Shown here piece by piece: positions 36,196-45,894 of a stretch of 64,000 nt of DNA; the stretch's first letter is position 1, and the number at the start of each line of letters is the position of its first letter. Below the pieces are notes generated by a model. It made no database searches. It worked only from the letters and a program-made list of their open reading frames with translations, and was not told the origin of the DNA. This DNA comes from Clostridia bacterium (GTDB taxonomy: Bacteria; Bacillota; Clostridia; Christensenellales; CAG-917). Where the stretch lies: NCBI GenBank assembly GCA_017461985.1, contig JAFTSA010000001.1:301-64300 (forward strand), given 5' to 3'. The translations under genes were made by a program, and so were the position numbers.

Positions 36196-38091
36196 ATGCA
36201 GTACAAAATCATAAACGGCGCGGTTTCCTATGACGGAAATATGGTGCTGGAAAACATCGATTTTGAAATAAATGACCGTGAGAAAATAGCCGTCATTGGA
36301 AGAAACGGCTGCGGTAAAACCACACTCCTTAAGGCTATTATGGGGGAGGTTGACCTTGAAGAAGGCACAGGTGAAAACGCTCTGCAAGTGATAAAGAGTG
36401 GTCGCCCTGAGATTGCATATCTCCGTCAAACTCCCTTTGACAATGAAAACGAGTTGATGATTGACGAGGTGCGCAAGGTGTTCCGTCATCTCATCGCAAT
36501 GGAAGAGAAGCTAGCCCGCTTGGTTGAAGAAATGCAGGTGCATAGCGATGAAAAAATCGCCCTTGAATACAGCAATTTGAACGACAGATTCATATCCCTT
36601 GGTGGCCTCACCTACAAAAAGGAATATGAAACTATGATACGCAAGTTCAACTTCACAAAAGAGGACGAAATGAAGCCTGTCAGTGAGTTTTCCGGCGGTC
36701 AAAGGACAAAGATATCCTTCATCAAAATGCTTTTGTCAAAGCCCGACGTTTTGCTCCTTGACGAGCCCACAAACCACCTCGACATTGAAACAATCGAGTG
36801 GCTTGAGGACTATCTCAAATCCTACAAGTCCGCCCTTGTCATCGTATCCCACGACCGTATGTTCCTCAACAAAATCGTGGACAAGGTCTATGAAATAGAG
36901 TGGGGTGAAACAAGGTGCTACAAGGGGGACTATTCCTCCTTTGAAAAGCAAAAGCGTGCTCTTCATGAAAAGCAACAGAAGGATCACGACCTGCAAAGGG
37001 CAGAGATTGAAAGGCTCACTAGACTTATTGAAAGATTCCGCTATAAGGCCACAAAAGCAAGTATGGTGCAGTCCAAAATCAAACTCATTGAAAAGATGCA
37101 GATTGTGGACGCTCCTGACAGATACGACACCCGCACCTTTAGGGCAAACACCGAGCCAAAAGTGGTAAGTTCTCGTCAAGTGCTGAACGTAAATAACCTT
37201 GTCATTGGCTATGACAAACCCCTTGCAAAGGTGTCTTTCAACCTTGAAAAAGGTCAACGGCTTGGCATCATCGGTGGCAACGGAGTGGGCAAATCCACCC
37301 TTGTGAAAACCATTATGGGAAAGGTGAAAGCCCTTGATGGCACCTATCAATTTGGCTACAACACGGACGTAAGATACTTCGACCAACAACTGGCACAAAT
37401 CACCGGTGATAGCACAATATTTGAAAGTTTCTCAAATGAATATCCCTTTATGAGTGACACCGAAGTGCGCAGGGCACTGGGGGCATTCCAGTTTACGGGA
37501 GAGGACGTTTTCAAGTCATTGTCAACCCTGTCAGGGGGAGAAAAAGTGCGACTTACACTTTGCAAAATCCTCCACTCACGCCCCAACGTTTTGGTTCTTG
37601 ATGAGCCAACAAACCACCTTGACATCGTGGGCAAGGAAACCCTTGAAACAATGCTTGGCGACTATCAAGGCACCTTGATTTTTGTGTCCCACGACAGATA
37701 TTTTGTGTCAAAACTTGCAGACAGACTTTTGGTGTTTGAAGGGGATAAGGCAACTTTTTATCCTATGACTTACAGTGAATATGAACTGACCAAAAAGCCT
37801 GTTGAAGAGGTCAAGCAAGAGGGTGTAAAGACTGGCGGAAAGAAATATTATTCACCTTCAAGAGAAAGAAACAAAATGCAAAAGAGGGCGGAAAAACTTG
37901 AAACTCTCATTGCAGAAATTGATGAAAAACTGACCGCACTGAACGATGAAATGAACTCCCCAGACGTGTTTTCAAACTACGTTAAGGTGGGTGAAATCCA
38001 AAGTGAAATTGACAGTCTTTCAAACACTCAATCTCAATATATGGACGAGTGGGCGGAACTTCTTGACAAGTTGTCTGCCGTTGAAGAATAA
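36196..38091 (+). CDS. ABC-F family ATPase (translation-factor type) with a C-terminal coiled-coil extension
   Basis: GRNGCGKTT / FSGGQRTK and GGNGVGKST / LSGGEKVR. No transmembrane domain, 631 aa. Confidence 0.85.
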   Translation: MQYKIINGAVSYDGNMVLENIDFEINDREKIAVIGRNGCGKTTLLKAIMGEVDLEEGTGENALQVIKSGRPEIAYLRQTPFDNENELMIDEVRKVFRHLIAMEEKLARLVEEMQVHSDEKIALEYSNLNDRFISLGGLTYKKEYETMIRKFNFTKEDEMKPVSEFSGGQRTKISFIKMLLSKPDVLLLDEPTNHLDIETIEWLEDYLKSYKSALVIVSHDRMFLNKIVDKVYEIEWGETRCYKGDYSSFEKQKRALHEKQQKDHDLQRAEIERLTRLIERFRYKATKASMVQSKIKLIEKMQIVDAPDRYDTRTFRANTEPKVVSSRQVLNVNNLVIGYDKPLAKVSFNLEKGQRLGIIGGNGVGKSTLVKTIMGKVKALDGTYQFGYNTDVRYFDQQLAQITGDSTIFESFSNEYPFMSDTEVRRALGAFQFTGEDVFKSLSTLSGGEKVRLTLCKILHSRPNVLVLDEPTNHLDIVGKETLETMLGDYQGTLIFVSHDRYFVSKLADRLLVFEGDKATFYPMTYSEYELTKKPVEEVKQEGVKTGGKKYYSPSRERNKMQKRAEKLETLIAEIDEKLTALNDEMNSPDVFSNYVKVGEIQSEIDSLSNTQSQYMDEWAELLDKLSAVEE

Positions 38092-38124
38092 CTGCTAAAT
38101 CAACAAAACAAACACTTTACAAAC

Positions 38125-38160
38125 AAAAAACCGACGGATAAACGTCGGTTTTTGTTTTTT
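38125..38160. terminator. Bidirectional terminator
   Basis: A-run, ccgacg-gataaa-cgtcgg, T-run. Confidence 0.75.
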
Positions 38161-38199
38161 ATCATTTTTGGTTGTGCGTTTGGTTGAGGTGTGTTTTTG

Positions 38200-39174
38200 T
38201 CAATCAAAGTTGTCGGTGAGGTAGATGCCGATGTGCTCCTTGCCTCTTACGTTGTCGGCGCAGTTGCGTGCATTGAAGTAAAGGCGAAGGTTGTCCTCAC
38301 ACTTCACAAGGTTGCAAGCATACACGTATTGCTTCATCCAGTTTTTGTTTTTGCCCTTTGTGACGGTGGGGGCAAGAAACATCTTTTTGTGGGTGAAGTT
38401 GATGCCGTCATCTGACACAAGAAGCATAATGGTTGAGTGGGATTTGCCACCCTTTTTGTAGATGCCGTTTTGAAGACCTATATAGCAATCGTTGAGCTCA
38501 TACACCTTGATACAACCGGCGCACAAATTCAAATATTCATTGTTTTTGTCGGGGGAGATGATAGGTGTGGTGGCAGGCACAAAACCGCCGTCCAGTCTGT
38601 CGCTTTCCGCATAGGAAATATGAGTGGGCTCAGAGAAACTGCAATCGGTGATATAGGTGAGGCCGGCAGAGAAATACAAGCGATATTTGTCACCGACTTT
38701 TATAAGGTGAGGGTTTGAAACCGACGTGCCAAGACGGCTTGTCATATAGGGCATATTCCCCTTGATGATAGGGGTGGGGGTTGTCCAAGAAATCAAGTCC
38801 TTTGAAGTGGTGAGATAAATCTCTGAAAACCACTTTCCGCCCACAAGGGATATTGCCTTTTTGAAGAGGGACTGGGTTTGCTCATAGTAGAGGTAATAGG
38901 TGCCGTCAACGTAGACGCAGTCGGGGCGCATGGCACGGGGCAAGACGTGAGATGTCCTTGTCCAGTGTATACCGTCATCACTGGTGAAGAGGAACACTCC
39001 AAGAAGTCCGTGACAAAACAGATGCCACTTGCCGTCGTGGGTATTCTCGGGGGTGAGGACTGAGGGGTCTGCGATGACAGGGCTCACCCCAAAGCAGCGT
39101 ATGACGGGATTGTCCTCGTAAAGGTGAAAGTCTTTGTCCAAAAATTGTTGGAGAGTAAGGTCAAGTTTTTTCAT
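38200..39174 (-). CDS. Beta-propeller glycoside-hydrolase-like protein (GH43/GH32/GH130 superfamily resemblance)
   Basis: NPVI..ADPSVL..DGKWHLFCHG, DGIHWTR and DGTYYLYYE repeats are typical of 5-bladed propeller glycosidases. The family was not resolved by eye. Confidence 0.45.
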   Translation of the reverse strand: MKKLDLTLQQFLDKDFHLYEDNPVIRCFGVSPVIADPSVLTPENTHDGKWHLFCHGLLGVFLFTSDDGIHWTRTSHVLPRAMRPDCVYVDGTYYLYYEQTQSLFKKAISLVGGKWFSEIYLTTSKDLISWTTPTPIIKGNMPYMTSRLGTSVSNPHLIKVGDKYRLYFSAGLTYITDCSFSEPTHISYAESDRLDGGFVPATTPIISPDKNNEYLNLCAGCIKVYELNDCYIGLQNGIYKKGGKSHSTIMLLVSDDGINFTHKKMFLAPTVTKGKNKNWMKQYVYACNLVKCEDNLRLYFNARNCADNVRGKEHIGIYLTDNFD

Positions 39175-39210
39175 AATGCTAGAAAAAACGCACCTTGCAG
39201 TGCGTTTAAA

Positions 39211-39933
39211 TTATTTGGTTGTGAGATACATTTTCAGCACTTCTTCAGTCTTTTCAATTTCACGACTGCAAATCTTCAGCGCGCCAAGATATTTTTTCAG
39301 CCCTGTCCAAAGTGCTTTTATCATCAAGACGTCACGGCTGTCAAGAGCGGCGGCAAATGCTTCGAGCATAAGCATAAGCTCTCCACGAGCATTTTTGTCT
39401 TGTACGGTTTCGTTGACTGTTTTGACGATTGCCACAAGGATATTTTTCACTTGCTCGCCAAGGCCAGAGGGGGCAAAGTCCACTGTGCGCTCAACCAAAA
39501 CTTGCTCTTCCTTGATGCCGTTGACCACCATATTCACAAGGGCGTACTTGAAGGGCTCAACCACCTTTGACACAAAGAGGTCAAGGCTTTCTTGTCCGGT
39601 GGTGGCAGGGAAGTAGTTTCTTGTGAAGGATAAGAGGTCCATACTGCCTGCGTCCATTTCAACAAGCATACCCATGATGAGGGCAACAAATTGCTTGTCG
39701 TTTTTAGGAAGACGGAGCACGTTGTGCTCACCCACCTTTTGGAGGGCTTTACGCTTTTCGGTTTGATAGTCAAAACCCTTGTTGACGTGGCCGAGGACTG
39801 TCCTAAACTCGGGATAGAAAGCAAGACACTTCAAAAGTTCCTTCACCTTTTTGTCGGCAAGGATAAGGTTGACTGTCTGCAACTCGTCGATGATGCTTAC
39901 AAGGGCGGCTACGCCTTCGCCAGAATATGCCAT
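39211..39933 (-). CDS. Hypothetical, probably all-helical cytoplasmic protein (240 aa)
   Basis: Long ORF co-oriented with the propeller gene and 36 nt upstream of it. No motif recognised. Confidence 0.55.
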   Translation of the reverse strand: MAYSGEGVAALVSIIDELQTVNLILADKKVKELLKCLAFYPEFRTVLGHVNKGFDYQTEKRKALQKVGEHNVLRLPKNDKQFVALIMGMLVEMDAGSMDLLSFTRNYFPATTGQESLDLFVSKVVEPFKYALVNMVVNGIKEEQVLVERTVDFAPSGLGEQVKNILVAIVKTVNETVQDKNARGELMLMLEAFAAALDSRDVLMIKALWTGLKKYLGALKICSREIEKTEEVLKMYLTTK

Positions 39934-40189
39934 AAAAAACTCCTTTTCTTGATTATATCAAGGATTCATCACAAAATCAATTATAAAATAAGGAGGAAAA
40001 GGGGAGAAAACACAAAAATCAGCGGATTTTGTGGGGTTTCAACGCGCACGCACGCCCTCCCACGCCCTTGCGCAGTACGTCCGCGCATATAGGCACTTGT
40101 ATTTTTCATCACTATGTTGTAATATTATTTGTATCAATAGTGATTGGTTCCTTGAAAAATCTACCCAAAGCACAAAATATAAGTGGAAT

Positions 40190-41944
40190 ATGAAGACTAT
40201 AAAAACTATGAAGAATAAAAGAATAATTTTGGTTGTAGCGGTGGTGTTGCTCCTTGCAATGACCGCAACAACCCTTTATGGATGCAATCTGTTTGGATTT
40301 GGACTCCTCGGCGAGGCGGACCTCATCGAAGTTATGAACAATTTGGCGGTGAGAATGTTCGTTGGAGACGGACTCTCCATCAACATTTGGCTTGACAACC
40401 CCGAAGCACTTGGGCTCTTCGACCAACCTGCATACTTGCCCACTCCCATTTTTGACAAGGCAACATATGAGGCGAATATGGCAAGCCTTGGTGAAATTGT
40501 GGACGCCTTCAAACAATTCGACTACGACAAGTTGTCGGTGGTCGGCAAGCGGGACTACGACACGGTGGTCAACTATTTCAACACCTTTTCAAAGTACGGC
40601 AATTTCTACTATCTTGACAACCGTGACTATATCGGTGTCAACGGTGGCTGGAACGTTATGATTCCGCTGTATCTTGACAAACTGGCTTTCAAGACAGAAA
40701 ACGACGTCAAAAACTGGATTTCACTGGCAGAGCAAACTGAAACCGCTTTCAAGGAATACGCAAGATTTGAAGAAGAAGTGCTTATCCCCGCAGGATACGG
40801 TCGCACAAAATCCAATTATCTTGACATTGCAGTGCAATGCGATTTGATGACAGAGGTTGACACGGACAGTGGAGAACACTTTTTGCTCACTTTGTTCAAA
40901 GAAAAACTTGATAGAGTGGACTTTTTGACAGATGATCAAAAGGCAGAATACATCTTGACAGCAGATGACGCCATTGACAAACTTATTTTGGCATATCAAA
41001 CCCTTGCGGACGAAGTGACGGTTTTTGCTGAAACCGCTCCTGCAGAAAGCAAACCTCTCTCAGCCTATCAAGAGGGCAAGGCGTATTATGAACTTTTGTT
41101 CCTTGACAATGCATCAACCAGTGACAGCGTTGATATGGCATACGAAAATTTGAAGGCCGCTTTCAATGAAACCCTTGCAGAGGCAAGAGCACTCCAAGCG
41201 CAACTCCCCGACGGATTCACCTTGGAGCCCAAGATGTCAATGGAAGACCTCAAGGGATATTACAATATCTTAAAGAGCAAATACACCGAGGATTTCCCCG
41301 CATTGAGTGAAGATATCCCCGATGCAACCTTCCACAAAGTGCCCGAGGCTATGAGTGAAGTTTACAATCCTGCAGCCTACTTCATGTCCGCCGTGGACAG
41401 CACTTCCGCTCCCGAAACAATCTACATCAACGAGGGCAACACGGGGGGATACGTCGGCTTTGACATCATCTCTCACGAGGGCATTCCCGGTCATATGCTA
41501 CAACACGCCTACTTCAAGTCATCGGGTGCAAATATGCTCCGCACCTTGCTGGCCTACACTGGCTACGCAGAGGGTTGGGCGTCCTACGTGCAATACTATT
41601 CAACCAAATATTACGAGGGCAGTGAAACAGAAAAACTTGCCTATGAGGCAGAGAGCCTTTTCACAAAAGCAAGTATGTATCTCTACACCCTCATCGACAT
41701 CGAAATCAACTACTACGGAAGGACAAAAGAGTATCTTTCAACTCACGAAGTCTACTCGCTGATTTTCAGCGATTATATGTATGAATATATGATTGCAAAC
41801 CCCGCAGTCTATTCCAGCTACGGCTACGGCAACTACAAAATGGAAGCATTGCGGGACTCCTTTGAAGGCACCGACCTAGAATTCCACACCGCTGTGCTCA
41901 CCGTTGGACCCACCACTTACGAAATCCTTGCAAGATACATTTAG
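40190..41944 (+). CDS. DUF885-family lipoprotein (metallopeptidase-like)
   Basis: Signal peptide with lipobox LYGCN. ISHEGIPGHMLQH matches the DUF885 HE..PGH..Q motif. Confidence 0.75.
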   Translation: MKTIKTMKNKRIILVVAVVLLLAMTATTLYGCNLFGFGLLGEADLIEVMNNLAVRMFVGDGLSINIWLDNPEALGLFDQPAYLPTPIFDKATYEANMASLGEIVDAFKQFDYDKLSVVGKRDYDTVVNYFNTFSKYGNFYYLDNRDYIGVNGGWNVMIPLYLDKLAFKTENDVKNWISLAEQTETAFKEYARFEEEVLIPAGYGRTKSNYLDIAVQCDLMTEVDTDSGEHFLLTLFKEKLDRVDFLTDDQKAEYILTADDAIDKLILAYQTLADEVTVFAETAPAESKPLSAYQEGKAYYELLFLDNASTSDSVDMAYENLKAAFNETLAEARALQAQLPDGFTLEPKMSMEDLKGYYNILKSKYTEDFPALSEDIPDATFHKVPEAMSEVYNPAAYFMSAVDSTSAPETIYINEGNTGGYVGFDIISHEGIPGHMLQHAYFKSSGANMLRTLLAYTGYAEGWASYVQYYSTKYYEGSETEKLAYEAESLFTKASMYLYTLIDIEINYYGRTKEYLSTHEVYSLIFSDYMYEYMIANPAVYSSYGYGNYKMEALRDSFEGTDLEFHTAVLTVGPTTYEILARYI

Positions 41945-41953
41945 GAGAAAATT

Positions 41954-44008
41954 ATGTCACGATTTGGACTGAAAACAGAGCCTATCAACCCGTCACAAAC
42001 CTATGTGAAAAACGGCGTGAGATTGAGTGTCATCACCCCCAGAATACTTCGTGTTGAAAGGAGTGCTGACGGGGTGTTTGAAGACCGTCCCACACAAATG
42101 GTTTTTGAGCGTAATTTTGCAAATCCGCAGTTTAGTGTCATAGAAAACGGCAATAAAGTGACGATTTTGACAAAACAAAAGGAGTTTTCAGTTGACCTGA
42201 ACACCCTTTCCGTCAGTGTGAAAAAGGACGGAAAGTGGGTGTCCTCACACAGCGGCAAAAACCTGAAAGGCACGGCGCGCACCCTTGATTTTTCTTGGGG
42301 CAGATGGCAACTTCAAACGTTGAGAGTGAAACTTGGCAAAGGCATCTTTTCAACAAGCGGTGTCACTGAAATTGACGACAGCAAGTCCTATATTCTTCTT
42401 GAAGACGGAAACGTGTTGGGCAGAAAAAAGGGCACCGTTGACAAATACGTTTTTGCCTTTGACGACGACTATCTTGGAGGGCTCAAAGAGTTTTACTCCT
42501 TGACAGGGGCAACCCCCGTCCTCCCCAAATATTCACTCGGCAACTGGTGGTCAAGATACCACGCATACACTCAAGAGGAATACACCTCTCTTATGGACAA
42601 ATTCATTGAGAAGGAAATCCCCTTGACCGTTGCCACCATTGATATGGACTGGCACCTTGTACATAACCTGCCCAAAGACGTGAAGAAGGAACATTTCGCA
42701 ATTCAAGGCGTTGGTTGGACAGGGTACACTTTTGACAAAAATCTCTTTCCTGACTACAAGCAGTTTTTCAAGGATTTGAAGAGCAAAGGTCTTGCAATAA
42801 CAATGAATCTGCACCCTCGCGACGGAGTGAGATATTTTGAGGATCAATATGAGGATATGGCGAGGGCAAACGGCATTGACCCCTTAACAAAAAAGACTGT
42901 GCCTTTTGACTGCACCGACCTCAACTTTATGAATTCCTATTTTGACTATCTCCACCACCCCTATGAAGAGGACGGCGTGGACTTTTGGTGGATTGACTGG
43001 CAACAGGGCACAAAGTCAAAACTGAAAGGATTTGACCCTCTTTGGGCGCTCAATCATTATCACACTTTGGACAGCGGACGTGACGGACGCACTCCTCTCA
43101 TTTTGTCAAGGTATGCAGGCATAGGCTCACACCGTTATCCTTTAGGATTTTCTGGTGACACCTTTGTGAGGTGGTCAAGCCTGAAACTGCAACCCTATTT
43201 CACCGCAAACGCATCAAACGTGGGCTATACTTGGTGGTCCCACGACATCGGCGGACACGTGGCAGGCAAGGGAGATGGTGAGCTATACACAAGATGGGTG
43301 CAATTTGGCACGTTTTCACCTATCAACCGCTTGCACTCCAACAATTTGTCTTGGAGCAAGGAGCCTTGGCTGTATGGTGACAGGGCAGAAAAGATTTCAA
43401 CTGACTTTTTGAGGTTGAGACATAGACTTTTGCCGTATCTGTACACTGCAAATATCCGCACTGCAAGGGACGGCGAGCCTCTTGTTGCACCTATGTATTA
43501 TCGTGACAACTCACCCCTTGCATATAGGGCAAAAAATCAATACTATTTTGGCAGTGAATTGCTTGTTGCGCCGGTGGTGACAAAGATGAAACCGGACGGC
43601 TATTCCGTCACTGACGTATATCTCCCAGAAGGCAAGTGGACGGACTTCTTCACCGGTGAAATTTACCGTGGCGGAAGGGTGTACAAAATGCGAACTCCCT
43701 TGGATAGAATGCCTGTTTTTGCAAAAGCAGGGGCAATTATCCCTATGATTGCAAAGCGTGACGGCAACAGCCAAAAGTTTGACTCTCTTGAGGTCAAAGT
43801 GTATGCAGGGGAGGGTGAATATCGTATGTTTGATGAGGGCGGTTTCACCGATTTCAAACTGACTGAAATTGAGGGCGGTTATCTTCTCACAATCAACGAC
43901 GACAACAACCCTCAAAAGGCGGACTACAAGGTGACCTTTGTGGATAGAGAAGAGGAAACGGTTATTCTTGAAAAAGGTCAAAAACAGGTCACTTTCCAAA
44001 GGAAGTAA
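41954..44008 (+). CDS. GH31 alpha-glycosidase
   Basis: DFWWIDWQQG, WWSHDIGGH and MPVFAKAGAIIP motifs, 684 aa. Confidence 0.8.
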   Translation: MSRFGLKTEPINPSQTYVKNGVRLSVITPRILRVERSADGVFEDRPTQMVFERNFANPQFSVIENGNKVTILTKQKEFSVDLNTLSVSVKKDGKWVSSHSGKNLKGTARTLDFSWGRWQLQTLRVKLGKGIFSTSGVTEIDDSKSYILLEDGNVLGRKKGTVDKYVFAFDDDYLGGLKEFYSLTGATPVLPKYSLGNWWSRYHAYTQEEYTSLMDKFIEKEIPLTVATIDMDWHLVHNLPKDVKKEHFAIQGVGWTGYTFDKNLFPDYKQFFKDLKSKGLAITMNLHPRDGVRYFEDQYEDMARANGIDPLTKKTVPFDCTDLNFMNSYFDYLHHPYEEDGVDFWWIDWQQGTKSKLKGFDPLWALNHYHTLDSGRDGRTPLILSRYAGIGSHRYPLGFSGDTFVRWSSLKLQPYFTANASNVGYTWWSHDIGGHVAGKGDGELYTRWVQFGTFSPINRLHSNNLSWSKEPWLYGDRAEKISTDFLRLRHRLLPYLYTANIRTARDGEPLVAPMYYRDNSPLAYRAKNQYYFGSELLVAPVVTKMKPDGYSVTDVYLPEGKWTDFFTGEIYRGGRVYKMRTPLDRMPVFAKAGAIIPMIAKRDGNSQKFDSLEVKVYAGEGEYRMFDEGGFTDFKLTEIEGGYLLTINDDNNPQKADYKVTFVDREEETVILEKGQKQVTFQRK

Positions 44009-44027
44009 AAATTGTGGCGAAATTTGC

Positions 44028-44056
44028 TTGACATCTCTTTTTAGATTTATTAATAT
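44028..44056 (+). promoter_or_regulatory. Sigma-A promoter of rplM-rpsI
   Basis: TTGACA, 17 nt, TAATAT. A ~90-nt leader follows. Confidence 0.6.
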
Positions 44057-44152
44057 ATACAAGCATATTTTTGAATATATTTGCGAGGAGAACTAGCCCC
44101 TTGAATCGCAATTGACATATAGCAAATACTAAAATAATTTCGGAGGTCCATC

Positions 44153-44593
44153 ATGGCCAATAACAAATCATACATGGCAAAGCCCGGTGAAGTGGAAAGC
44201 AAGTGGTATGTTGTTGACGCATCAGGTATGGTGCTCGGCAGACTCGCATCACAAGTTGCTTCAATCCTCAAAGGCAAAAACAAGCCCGAATACACTCCCC
44301 ACGTCGACTGTGGCGACCACGTTATCATAATCAACTGCGAAAAAGTCGTTCTCACTGGCAAGAAGTTGGAAGACAAGTACTATCGTTATCACACCGGTTA
44401 TATCGGCGGTCTCAAGGAAGTTCAATACAAGAAACTTATGAACGAGAAACCGGAATTTGCTGTTTACAAGGCAGTCAAAGGCATGCTCCCCAAGAACACT
44501 CTCGGCGCAGCAATGCTCAAGAAACTCCGTGTCTATCAAGGCAGTGAACACAATCATCAAGCACAATGCCCTACAGTGCTTGAACTCAAGTAA
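44153..44593 (+). CDS. rplM: 50S ribosomal protein L13
   Basis: [36 protein letters not shown]. Confidence 0.95.
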   Translation: MANNKSYMAKPGEVESKWYVVDASGMVLGRLASQVASILKGKNKPEYTPHVDCGDHVIIINCEKVVLTGKKLEDKYYRYHTGYIGGLKEVQYKKLMNEKPEFAVYKAVKGMLPKNTLGAAMLKKLRVYQGSEHNHQAQCPTVLELK

Positions 44594-44604
44594 TGAGGTG
44601 AATT

Positions 44605-45021
44605 ATGGCAACTAAGAAAGCAGCAGCAAAAAAGGTTCAATATCTCGGCACCGGCAGACGTAAGAAGGCAATCGCACGCGTTCGCCTTATCCCCGGTGAA
44701 GGCAATATCACAATCAACAAGAGAACATTCGAAGATTATTTCCCCGTTGACACAATGAGAATGATCGTCGAACAACCTCTCGTCCTCACCGCAACCAAAG
44801 ACAAGTTTGACGTCGTCGTCAACGTTTATGGTGGTGGCATGACCGGCCAAGCAGGCGCAATCCGTCACGGCATTGCAAGAGCACTCTGTGTTGCAGACAC
44901 CGAAGCATACAGAAGCGCACTTAAGAAAGCTGGCTATCTCACACGTGACCCCCGTGCAAAAGAACGTAAGAAATACGGTCTCCATAAAGCACGTAAGGCA
45001 CCTCAATTCTCAAAGCGTTAA
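44605..45021 (+). CDS. rpsI: 30S ribosomal protein S9
   Basis: [12 protein letters not shown].., [19 protein letters not shown] and C-terminal RKAPQFSKR. Confidence 0.95.
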   Translation: MATKKAAAKKVQYLGTGRRKKAIARVRLIPGEGNITINKRTFEDYFPVDTMRMIVEQPLVLTATKDKFDVVVNVYGGGMTGQAGAIRHGIARALCVADTEAYRSALKKAGYLTRDPRAKERKKYGLHKARKAPQFSKR

Positions 45022-45037
45022 TCGCAGCAAGACAATC

Positions 45038-45068
45038 AAAAAACTCCAACTTCGGTTGGAGTTTTTTT
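45038..45068 (+). terminator. Rho-independent terminator after rpsI
   Basis: actccaac-ttcg-gttggagt followed by T7. Confidence 0.85.
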
Positions 45069-45165
45069 GTGTCTTGCTTTATATATAATGAAAAATAAAA
45101 AACTAAAATTATAGAAATATAGTAAACGTGTGCGCGTGCTCACTCGCGCGTGCGCGACAAATATC

Positions 45166-45500
45166 AAAAATTTTGGGGCAGGGAAAGGAAAATCTGCACC
45201 TTGAAAAAGCAATTTTTGATGAAAACTTAAATATTTTTTGAGAGAATTATTGAAAAATTTTTAGGAAGAAAAAGTTTTTTCTAAGCTTAAAAATATTTTT
45301 TTTAGCCGAAGAAAAAAATTTTTTCAAGTTTGAAATCCTCAAAAAGCACACAAAAACAACAAAAAACAAAAATAAAAAAATTGATTTTTGTAAGGTTTTT
45401 AAGAGAAAAAACGGAAAATTTTTGCTGAAAAACCCGCTAAAAAAGTAAAAATTTTGGGCAAAATTCAGTGAATAAAATGCTTAAAAAACTCAATTTTTTA
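45166..45500. repeat. Degenerate array of palindromic A(4-8)/T(4-8) tracts at ~16-25 bp spacing
   Basis: Examples are caaaaattttgggg, gaaaaagcaatttttg, taaatattttttg, gaaaaatttttag, gaaaaagttttttc, taaaaatatttttttta, gaaaaaaattttttc, aaaaaaattgatttttg, ggaaaatttttgc, gtaaaaattttgggc and taaaaaactcaatttttta. AAAAATTTTGGG(G)CA occurs twice (45166 and 45447). Confidence 0.7.
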
Positions 45501-45894
45501 TGAATAAAAGAGGGCATTTGGTGTATGTAGGGGCGTATATGCACACAATATTCCGTATGTTATAAAATTATACGCATATTTATTCATTCATTCACTTTGC
45601 CAAATTAAAGTGATAAATTAAAAAATGGGCGCTTTTGGCAAAAAGTCATCTTTTCACACCGCTTGAATATATAAAGATATACGCATACACGCGCGAAGAG
45701 GGGAAGGGATGGATTAATTATGCAATTAAAATTGATAAAAAATTAATTTTTTGTTAAAAATCATTTGCCATATCGGCAGTGTGCGTTTATAATGTAGATA
45801 ATTTCATTTGAAATGGAGTAGTATACTCCTTTCAGTGAAATCCAAATTCAGTCCAATAAAAAAGGATAATATTTACTCTATGGAGGTAACAACA

